DNA from: Alphaproteobacteria bacterium
GTDB lineage: Bacteria; Pseudomonadota; Alphaproteobacteria; Rhodospirillales; Casp-alpha2
Length of the DNA stretch: 64,000 nt
Reading direction: 5' to 3'
NCBI GenBank assembly: GCA_024279135.1
Contig: JAJRRU010000014.1
Span: 23,351-87,350 of the forward strand
A program made the position numbers and the translations under genes. Under the pieces are notes generated by a model, which was not told the DNA's origin, ran no database searches, and saw only the letters and a program-made list of their open reading frames with translations. This document shows, piece after piece, positions 18,837 through 26,328 of the stretch (the first letter of the stretch is position 1; each line of letters starts with the position of its first letter).

Positions 18837-19413
18837 GGCATCCGCCAGAGATTTAGGCGTGCGTGGACAGGTTTGGGAAATCCGTGAAACAGATCTGCTT
18901 GTCTACATCAAAGGCAAGGCTGCGGAGTTCGAGAAAAGCGGCAAGCTGGCGAAATGGCAAGACGATGCCGAAACTCGCGCCCGGTCTTACGTGGAAACCC
19001 CGAACCCGGTCACTGGCATCACCGACGCCATTGTTGAACGCAGCCGCCTGTTCGATCCAACCATCACCGTGCGTAAAGATATCTTTGATCATCAAAGCCG
19101 CGTCATCGCCAAAGCCGGCACCACGGTCAACCCGCTTGATTACCTGCCCATGTCAACGTCCATGATCTTCATCAACGGCGACGATCCGGCACAAGTGAGC
19201 TGGGCTTTAGGTGTGAAAACAAAAAACAAGATCATCCTGACCAGCGGCCCGGTCGCCAACCTCATGCGCGAACACAAACGCCCGCTCTACTTCGATCAAA
19301 AAGGTCTGATTACGGATCGCTTCGGGATAACCACCGTCCCGGCAACTGTCATTCAGGAAGGCCGCGCATTACGCATTCGCGAGTTTCCATTATCCGGGGA
19401 GAATGAACAATGA
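18763..19413 (+). CDS. traW: F-type TraW
   Basis: I prefer ATG 18763, which gives the signal peptide MTAATKALALCLTLASLAALLP. RDLGVRGQVWEIRETDLLVYIK resembles the TraW N-terminus. Confidence 0.8.
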   Translation: MTAATKALALCLTLASLAALLPCSEASARDLGVRGQVWEIRETDLLVYIKGKAAEFEKSGKLAKWQDDAETRARSYVETPNPVTGITDAIVERSRLFDPTITVRKDIFDHQSRVIAKAGTTVNPLDYLPMSTSMIFINGDDPAQVSWALGVKTKNKIILTSGPVANLMREHKRPLYFDQKGLITDRFGITTVPATVIQEGRALRIREFPLSGENEQ

Positions 19414-19429
19414 GTGGATTACACCGTAT

Positions 19430-19738
19430 TCAGGACGCTTCCTTATGGCCAAACACGACGTCACGCAATGCGTCATTAAGCCGGGTTTGCCAGCCTTTAC
19501 CACCGTCCTTGAAATACCCGACAACATCGGAATCAAGACGAAGTGTTGTTTGCACTTTCGTTGCCTCTTTTTGTGGTCCACGGAATCGACGCGGCTCATT
19601 ACGTTGCAATTCGCCACGCGTATGGGCTGCAACAATGTCTGGCGTCACTTCAGAGGCCGGGCGCATTTGGCCCAGCACCTCATCTGTCAATGGAAGATCG
19701 TCCACGTCAGGAGGCGGTTTGGGTAATTTTTTAGCCAT
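19430..19738 (-). CDS. brnA: BrnA antitoxin
   Basis: MAKKLPKPPPDVDDLPLTDE..GPQKEATKVQTTLRLDSDVVGYFKDGGKGWQTRLNDALRDVV. It overlaps brnT by 8 nt. Confidence 0.8.
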   Translation of the reverse strand: MAKKLPKPPPDVDDLPLTDEVLGQMRPASEVTPDIVAAHTRGELQRNEPRRFRGPQKEATKVQTTLRLDSDVVGYFKDGGKGWQTRLNDALRDVVFGHKEAS

Positions 19739-19991
19739 AATGTTTAACCTCTCTACTGTTGGCTTTGCGCAGGTTAATGATCCGAACGGCGCTTTCGCGC
19801 CGGGTAAAAACGACCACATGAAGGCGGTCATCAATCAGGCCCAAGGCCCAGAAACGACGCTCTCCATAGTCATAACGCAAGTCCTCAAATACTTGAGCGG
19901 TCTGCCAATCAAACCCGCGAACAGCCTCAAAATCGACACCGTGCTTATCGAGGTTGGCCTCGCATTTATTTTCATCCCACTCATATTCCAT
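19731..19991 (-). CDS. brnT: BrnT ribonuclease toxin
   Basis: MEYEWDENKCEANLDKHGVDFEAV..ERRFWALGLIDDRLHVVVFTRRESAVRIINLRKANSREVKHY matches the BrnT signature (xEWDxxKxxxNxxKHGV, RIISxRKA). Confidence 0.85.
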   Translation of the reverse strand: MEYEWDENKCEANLDKHGVDFEAVRGFDWQTAQVFEDLRYDYGERRFWALGLIDDRLHVVVFTRRESAVRIINLRKANSREVKHYG

Positions 19992-20071
19992 AATCTGATT
20001 GTAACAACAATTTGTATAATTTGCAATGCTATTTGTAACTACGATTTGACAGTAGGCAGGAGGACAGCGCA

Positions 20072-21073
20072 ATGAAACGCCTTGCCCTCCTCATCCTTCT
20101 TTCCGGCATGATTACCCTTGCGGCCCCCAAGGCTTCCGAGGCCGGAATATGCACCGGTGAATTCGTTAACCCAATCTCTGATATTTGCTGGGACTGTATT
20201 TTCCCGATCAGCATTGGCTCAACCCGGATATTTGCGGATCGCCCTGACCCGCCTAACCCTGGCAACATTCTTTGTAATTGCCCTATGCCGTATCCGCCCT
20301 ATGTGCGTGTCGGGATTACCATTGGTTTTTGGGAACCCGCACGGCTGGTTGATGTTACCAAGCGCCCTTATTGTTTCGTCAATCTGGGTGGGCTGGAACT
20401 GGATGCCGGGATCGGCACCGGGCAAACCAAGACCAAAAGCCGGGGCGGTCAAACCCATAACGCAAGTTGGCATGTGCATTGGTATGTGTACCCGGTTTAC
20501 GCCATCCTTGAGATGTTCGCGGACTCGATCTGTATGACGGGTAGCAGTTTCGATATTGCCTATATCACCGAGCTTGACCCTATGTGGCTCGATGACGAGT
20601 TGACCTTCCTGCTTAACCCGGAAGCCATCTTGTTTGGTAATCCTGCCGCGCAAGCCGCTTGTGCCGCCGATTGTGTGGCAGCTACCGCCAACCTTCCCAT
20701 CGACGCGCTGTTCTGGTGTGGCGGGTGCCAGGGTTCAATGTACCCATTGAGTGGCAATGTCTCGGCCCATGTGGGTTCGATCCAGTCTTCCCTCATGGCG
20801 ACTGAACGCATGGCCTACAAGCTGGGCCGTGAGTTCGTGTTGCTCGGAACCTCCGGTGTTGAGGCTCTCTGCCAAAAAGTTCCGCGCCCGGTTCTTAAGA
20901 AAACCGAATGGCGCACCCAGATGACCAATCCGGTTGCCATGACCAGTGGTCGCCTCGCCTGTAATCCCCTCGGTTCAAGCTCGGTTCTCTATGAAACGGG
21001 CAAGGAACTGCCTCTGGTTGGAGAGGATTTTGGCTACCTGATATGGAGGAAACGCAATTGCTGCGCCCTATAA
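20072..21073 (+). CDS. traU: F-type TraU
   Basis: 333 aa with a signal peptide and Cys-rich conserved blocks (ICWDCIFPISIG, LCNCP, FWCGGCQGSMYP). Confidence 0.9.
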   Translation: MKRLALLILLSGMITLAAPKASEAGICTGEFVNPISDICWDCIFPISIGSTRIFADRPDPPNPGNILCNCPMPYPPYVRVGITIGFWEPARLVDVTKRPYCFVNLGGLELDAGIGTGQTKTKSRGGQTHNASWHVHWYVYPVYAILEMFADSICMTGSSFDIAYITELDPMWLDDELTFLLNPEAILFGNPAAQAACAADCVAATANLPIDALFWCGGCQGSMYPLSGNVSAHVGSIQSSLMATERMAYKLGREFVLLGTSGVEALCQKVPRPVLKKTEWRTQMTNPVAMTSGRLACNPLGSSSVLYETGKELPLVGEDFGYLIWRKRNCCAL

Positions 21074-21585
21074 TCCTACTGTGCCTGCTCATCTTTAGCA
21101 GCCCTGCATTGGCGCAAAGCCCCGATGCGTGGCTGCAAGAAGCACTCAAGCTCAAACAAGAAGGGTGGGGGCAACGTGTCAGCCCTACCCTGCCCGATAT
21201 GGTGCGGCCCATAGCACCGCTAATTGCCTTTGTTTCATTCTCTATGCCGCAAGACAGCCTCAAGGCCATTCTTGAACAGGTTGACCGGGTTGGTGGCACT
21301 GTGCTGCTGCGCGGCTTGGTCAATAACAGCTTTAAGGATACGGCAACTGTGGTCGCCAGAATGGTTGAGGAACATGGCACCGGCTTTGGTGTCGATCCCA
21401 AGCTGTTTGTTAAATACGCCATCAATGCCGTTCCTGCCTTCGTGGTTCCAAACGGTGAAACCAGCTTCGACAAGATCAGCGGCAATATCAGTCTGATTGC
21501 TGCTTTGGAAGCCCTCGTTCAGGAAGGCGGAAACCCGGAAGCCGCTCGTCTCCTTCTCGGCAAATTGAGAATGGATAAACCATGA
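21043..21585 (+). CDS. trbC: F-type pilus assembly protein TrbC
   Basis: 180 aa. LIAFVSFSMPQDSLKAILEQVDRVGGTVLLRGLVNNSFKDT..INAVPAFVV is TrbC-like. Confidence 0.75.
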   Translation: MEETQLLRPIILLCLLIFSSPALAQSPDAWLQEALKLKQEGWGQRVSPTLPDMVRPIAPLIAFVSFSMPQDSLKAILEQVDRVGGTVLLRGLVNNSFKDTATVVARMVEEHGTGFGVDPKLFVKYAINAVPAFVVPNGETSFDKISGNISLIAALEALVQEGGNPEAARLLLGKLRMDKP

Positions 21586-22535
21586 AACACACCCTCGCTC
21601 TCCTTGCCCTGCTTCTGCCCGCACCAATCGCATTGGCCGCGACGGCAATAGCACAAAGCGTCAACAGCCAGACTGTTCCTGGCTACGAAGGAACCAGTCG
21701 CCCGGAAAGTGGATATTCGCACGGCCTGATGTATGACGATGCAGAAGCCCGCGCCCTGTGGGGAACCGGGCAGGACGGGGAAGCCGCCCGCGCCGTTGTT
21801 GGCGGCTTTACAGATCGTGCCGACATCGTAATTGACGAGCGCGAAGACTGGATCGGCAACGCCCAACGCGGCGAAGACACGCCTGAAGACTTCATCTCGA
21901 TCATGGAAGGTAATTATGGCGATTGCACAGGCGGCACCGTCACAACTGGTACACCCGGAACTGCCTATGAATACGCCTGCCAGTCCCCCGCCACCAAAAG
22001 CCGTTATGCCTGTCGTTCCGTACTTGCCCCGTTTTGCTCAAACGTCAGCCCGTCTTGCATGAAGCTGGTCAGCACCAACACTGGCATTATGAAGTTTTCC
22101 TTCGACGGCTCTCGATACATGTACATCGGCAACCGCACCCGCAACTACATCGCGGATCGGCGCAGTCGAACCCGGATCAACTACTACACAGCCGAATTAA
22201 CATTCGAGGCAGACCGTAAAGACGTCAACCGCTTCATGCTGGTTCGCATGGAATACGAAGACTTCGTGGAAGTCACCTTCAACGGAATCCCGGTGTTCAC
22301 CGATCTCGACCGCGCTCAGTATACCAAGGTCAAAACCTGCGGCGGGTGCCACGTCATTAACAGAAACGTAAGCCGCAACCTCAACTTCGATCTGCGGCCT
22401 TACCTTCGCACTGGCCTCAACACGTTCCGTGTCCGCCTGACCGCCGTGGCGCATGGCAACCTGTGGCTCAAACTCGATACCGATAGCAAGTGCTGCAAGC
22501 AATGGATCGATAGATGGTCGGAGAGTTGCCAATGA
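21582..22535 (+). CDS. secreted Cys-rich protein with a predicted beta-sandwich C-terminal domain (TraN-associated?)
   Basis: 317 aa with its own signal peptide (MKHTLALLALLLPAPIALAATAIAQ) and about 11 Cys in the mature part. It has an ATGA overlap with traN and no recognised family. Confidence 0.5.
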   Translation: MKHTLALLALLLPAPIALAATAIAQSVNSQTVPGYEGTSRPESGYSHGLMYDDAEARALWGTGQDGEAARAVVGGFTDRADIVIDEREDWIGNAQRGEDTPEDFISIMEGNYGDCTGGTVTTGTPGTAYEYACQSPATKSRYACRSVLAPFCSNVSPSCMKLVSTNTGIMKFSFDGSRYMYIGNRTRNYIADRRSRTRINYYTAELTFEADRKDVNRFMLVRMEYEDFVEVTFNGIPVFTDLDRAQYTKVKTCGGCHVINRNVSRNLNFDLRPYLRTGLNTFRVRLTAVAHGNLWLKLDTDSKCCKQWIDRWSESCQ

Positions 22536-23527
22536 GAATGCTCCTCGTATCTTTAGCATTGCTCCTTGCCGCGCCTGCCTCGGCGAACGCCGCCCCTGCA
22601 GGGTGTGTAGCCGTTTCCAATCTATGCACGATTGATGCAGCCGAACGGACAATTCAGGGATTTAAAATCGAGCGTGACTGCTGGGAAAAACAAATTGTCT
22701 ATTCCTGTCCTAACGCCCGGCCCGGTGGAGCTTGTTCCTCGCTTGCCAATGATCCCGAATGCACCCAGATTGGCGCGGAATGTACCCGCCGTGGGCCAAG
22801 TGGTGTTTGTATCACCGAGGTCAACACGTTTCGTTGTTCCAGCCCCAAGAATGGTTCCGGTATCTCTCTGGAAGACATCATAGACGCAGCGCCGGAGCGC
22901 GATGTCCGCACACCAATGCAATGTGGCAGCAACCTTTATTGCCCGGACGGACTTTGCGATGATCTGGGTGAAGACGAGACCAGTGCCGACTTTGGCAAGG
23001 CGGCGTCATGGATAGGACTGCTCACCAAAATGGGGGAAGAAAAAGACCCCGATGCCGTTACGCTGTTTCGCGGTGAAGGTCAGAAGTGCGCCAAGTGGCC
23101 GCTTGGAGCCAAGAATTGTTGTTCCGATGATGGTTGGTTGCTGGATTACTTTGGCTGCTCATCAAGTGAGAAAGCCCTCGCCGAGCGTCGCAGTGAAAAG
23201 ATGACCCATTACATTGGCAGCTATTGCTCCAACGATACATGGTTCGGCTGCATCACCAGAAAACAAGGCTATTGCTCCTTCCGCTCAAAGTTCGCCCGGG
23301 TGTTTCAGGAACAAGCCCGCGCTCAGCTCGGTATCGGCTGGGGAAGCCCTGAAAGCCCCATGTGCCGATCGCTCTCCATCGAAGAAATTCAGCGTGTTGA
23401 TTTTAGCCGTGTCGATCTGTCGGAGATTTACGTCGACATGCTGAGCGATGCCAACGCGCCAAGCCCTGCCGCCACCAATCAGCAAATCAAGTCGCGGATT
23501 GAAGACTACTATCGGAGCAACCAATGA
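22532..23527 (+). CDS. traN: F-type mating-pair stabilisation protein TraN (short form, C-terminal conserved part)
   Basis: ATG 22532 gives the signal peptide MRMLLVSLALLLAAPASA. The Cys-rich C-terminus reads KCAKWPLGAKNCCSDDGW..GSYCSNDTWFGCITRKQGYCSFRSKFARVFQEQ..WGSPESPMCRSLSIEE. Confidence 0.8.
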   Translation: MRMLLVSLALLLAAPASANAAPAGCVAVSNLCTIDAAERTIQGFKIERDCWEKQIVYSCPNARPGGACSSLANDPECTQIGAECTRRGPSGVCITEVNTFRCSSPKNGSGISLEDIIDAAPERDVRTPMQCGSNLYCPDGLCDDLGEDETSADFGKAASWIGLLTKMGEEKDPDAVTLFRGEGQKCAKWPLGAKNCCSDDGWLLDYFGCSSSEKALAERRSEKMTHYIGSYCSNDTWFGCITRKQGYCSFRSKFARVFQEQARAQLGIGWGSPESPMCRSLSIEEIQRVDFSRVDLSEIYVDMLSDANAPSPAATNQQIKSRIEDYYRSNQ

Positions 23528-24288
23528 AACGTGCGCTCCTGGTACTGGCTCTTATATCCTCCCCCGCCTACGCTGCCGAAGACTGCAACACCCTGGGCTG
23601 GCACTTCTATTGTGATCCCGCCGAAGAGGAACCGGCAGCGCCGGAGGCAAAGCCAAAAGTGGAGTTGCCACCGGCTCCGGACTCTCGCGCTCAAATCAAG
23701 GCCATTGGTGACAAGCTCGACGACCTGAAGGCAACAGCCATTCTCTATCCCACATCGGAAAATCTAAAAACCTACATCAGCTTCCAGCGTGAACAGCTCG
23801 ACCGTGCCTCAACCTTCTCTGACCAGTGGCGGCGCGTGATCTGGCAAAACCCCGACATGGATTACGATCTGATCCGCCCGACTGGATCATTGGCAAAACG
23901 AGCATGGTCTGACCAGCGCAAGCAAACTGCCGCCACCACTCTGGCAAACCTGAACAACCGATACGGCGTGTTTTACTTTTTCAAGGGCAACGATTGTCCG
24001 CAATGTGAAGCGTTTGAAACCGCCCTCAAGCCCTTCACCGACAAGCACGGCCTACACGTCATGGCCATCACGCTCGACGACACCCCGTCTCAATCCTTTC
24101 CGACATCCATACCAGATAGCGGGCAAGCCGCACGCCTCGGCATAACAGGTGAACACCTGCCCGCCCTCGCCTTGTTTGACACGGTAACATCGCAAGTCAT
24201 CCCCGTAGGCTTCGGCGCACTGGCAGCCGACGAGCTGGAACGCCGGATTTACATCCTGACACAAGTGGAGGTCGGCAATGACTACTGA
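23524..24288 (+). CDS. traF: F-type TraF (thioredoxin-fold pilus assembly protein)
   Basis: 254 aa with a signal peptide. YGVFYFFKGNDCPQCEAF contains a CxxC motif. Confidence 0.85.
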   Translation: MKRALLVLALISSPAYAAEDCNTLGWHFYCDPAEEEPAAPEAKPKVELPPAPDSRAQIKAIGDKLDDLKATAILYPTSENLKTYISFQREQLDRASTFSDQWRRVIWQNPDMDYDLIRPTGSLAKRAWSDQRKQTAATTLANLNNRYGVFYFFKGNDCPQCEAFETALKPFTDKHGLHVMAITLDDTPSQSFPTSIPDSGQAARLGITGEHLPALALFDTVTSQVIPVGFGALAADELERRIYILTQVEVGNDY

Positions 24289-24490
24289 CACCACGCCACA
24301 CCCGACACCGGATGAACTGGACAAAGACACTGCCGTTTCCTTCTGGCTCAAACGCAACTGGCGCATGGCCTGTGAACGCGATCCTCACGATGCCACCCGT
24401 GATGCGGCGGTGCTCCACCACCTATGCGAAACACGGCTGAAAGAGGTTTTAAGCCAGCACAATTTGCACGAAGTGAAGAACGATGAGTAG
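24278..24490 (+). CDS. hypothetical small protein in the tra operon
   Basis: 70-aa ORF overlapping both neighbours. No motif was recognised. Confidence 0.3.
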   Translation: MTTDTTPHPTPDELDKDTAVSFWLKRNWRMACERDPHDATRDAAVLHHLCETRLKEVLSQHNLHEVKNDE

Positions 24491-24899
24491 GTTTCTACGG
24501 GCTTTGCCCACACCCACCAAGGGGCGCGGCCCCTTGTATCCCATGACTTTGGTCCTGTGTTTGTTAGCAACGCCTGTGCAAGCAAGCGACGAGTTTGGGT
24601 TGATCTTTGTTTATCGGACTGATTGCGCGGCGAGCCGCGCGTTTTCTTACTCGGTCAAGGCTGTGGCGGATCGTTACGCAATGGCGGTTTTGCCCGTCTC
24701 CCAAAATAACGCCCACTTTGAGGAATGGCCCAACACCATCCCCGACAACGGCCAATCCCAAGCCTTGCGAATCACCCGCGTTCCATTCCTTGCCCTCTTT
24801 GATAAAACTTCCGGCGCGATAGCGCCAATAACAAACCGCTATCTGCCCCCGGCACAACTGGAGCAGCGCATAGCCCAAACCCTAAAGGTACTCCCATGA
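24483..24899 (+). CDS. TrbB/TraF-like thioredoxin-fold protein with CxxS instead of CxxC
   Basis: 138 aa. GLIFVYRTDCAASRAF..IPDNGQSQALRITRVPFLALFDKTSG parallels the TraF C-terminal domain encoded at 23524..24288. Confidence 0.6.
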   Translation: MSRFLRALPTPTKGRGPLYPMTLVLCLLATPVQASDEFGLIFVYRTDCAASRAFSYSVKAVADRYAMAVLPVSQNNAHFEEWPNTIPDNGQSQALRITRVPFLALFDKTSGAIAPITNRYLPPAQLEQRIAQTLKVLP

Positions 24900-26320
24900 A
24901 AAACTCAAAGGATCAAAGGGGCCGCGCCCCTTTGCGGGCATGGGCAGCGCCCATACTTCTTTCCCTCATATTCGCAACACCAGCGCAAGCCGATGTCCCC
25001 GGTGCCATGAAGGATTTTTGGGACGGGGTTGGGGTATCGAACTCGACCGGGCCTTCGGCTTTTGCGGGGCAGGCGGCGGGGTATTACACCGGGGGTAATT
25101 TGTTTATGCGAACACCAAGCCGCAATACGACTTTGGCAACGGTGAACTTGCCGTCGTCTCGGGCCGGGTGCGGAGGGATTGATATGTTTTCTGGCGGGTT
25201 TTCGTTTATCAATTCTGACGAGTTGGTGGCCTTGATGAAATCCATTGGCAACAACGCCGTGGCTTATTCGTTCAAGTTGGCACTAGAGACAATCTCTCCG
25301 ATGATCGCCGAACAGATTGGCGAGTTGCAGGATTGGCTACAGCGCATAAACCAGTTCAACATCAATTCGTGTGAGACGGCAAAGGGAATTGTTGGTGGGT
25401 TATGGCCAAGGAATGAGACGGCCAGCCGGGTGATTTGTGAAGACCTTGGTAATTCCACAGGCATCTTTACGGACAGGGCTGCGTCACGCCATGGCTGCGG
25501 ATCGCAAGGGCGGCGGCAAAGTACGCTGAATAGTGCCAGCGGAGCCATGCGGGATCAGATTCCCACCGACATCAACATTGCCTGGATGGCAGCAAAGAAG
25601 AACCCGTTGTTTGCCAGTGATCGTGATCTGGCAGAGCTGATTATGACGCTCTCCGGCACTATCGTCGTACTGGCCCCAGCCAATGACGATGCGTCACCGC
25701 GTTTTAAATATTACGGCCATAAAGTGGAAACCGACCAGCTTATCGGTGCGTTGTTGCAGGGCGGCACCGCTACCATCAACCGCTGCATCGACAGTGACAA
25801 GTGCCTGTCTGTCAATCCTAATGCCATACTTGTTGTCTCGACCACCAACGCATTTTCCGAACGGGTGCGCCGGGTGCTTGAAAGCATTCAGGATAAGATT
25901 GATACCGATGGCAGCCTGAACGCTGACGAGCAAGCCCTGCTCAACACCACCAACATTCCGATCTATAAAATCATCAACGTGATGACCGCCTATCAGGGCG
26001 GGTTGTCATCGTTGTCCCTGCCGCAATACTCAGACTTGATTGCGCTCGACATCCTCTACCGTTTCGCCAGTGATCTCATGGGCGAGATTGAAAAAGGTGG
26101 CGCGGCCCTGACACTGGCAGATGACCAGATCATCAAGGACTGGCGCGAGGGCTTGCAATCGGCGCGGCGTGCCTTGCGTGAGAAAATGGCGGATGTGTCG
26201 GGCAATTTCCAGAAATCAGTTTCCATTATCGAGTCCGCCCGTGTGTTGGAACAACACTTGATCGGCAATATGTCGGCCCATATGCGCGCCAACATTGGCT
26301 GGGTAAACGGAAGTGAGTGA
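24896..26320 (+). CDS. traH: F-type TraH
   Basis: 474 aa with a signal peptide and conserved blocks (GGIDMFSGGFSFINSDELV, NSCETAKG). Confidence 0.9.
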   Translation: MKNSKDQRGRAPLRAWAAPILLSLIFATPAQADVPGAMKDFWDGVGVSNSTGPSAFAGQAAGYYTGGNLFMRTPSRNTTLATVNLPSSRAGCGGIDMFSGGFSFINSDELVALMKSIGNNAVAYSFKLALETISPMIAEQIGELQDWLQRINQFNINSCETAKGIVGGLWPRNETASRVICEDLGNSTGIFTDRAASRHGCGSQGRRQSTLNSASGAMRDQIPTDINIAWMAAKKNPLFASDRDLAELIMTLSGTIVVLAPANDDASPRFKYYGHKVETDQLIGALLQGGTATINRCIDSDKCLSVNPNAILVVSTTNAFSERVRRVLESIQDKIDTDGSLNADEQALLNTTNIPIYKIINVMTAYQGGLSSLSLPQYSDLIALDILYRFASDLMGEIEKGGAALTLADDQIIKDWREGLQSARRALREKMADVSGNFQKSVSIIESARVLEQHLIGNMSAHMRANIGWVNGSE

Positions 26321-26328
26321 GGTCAATT

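Noticed and set aside
21582-23527. A sequencing frameshift splitting a single long traN
   Set aside because: The downstream ORF begins with its own canonical signal peptide and overlaps the upstream stop by ATGA. This looks like two coupled genes rather than a broken one, although resequencing would settle it.
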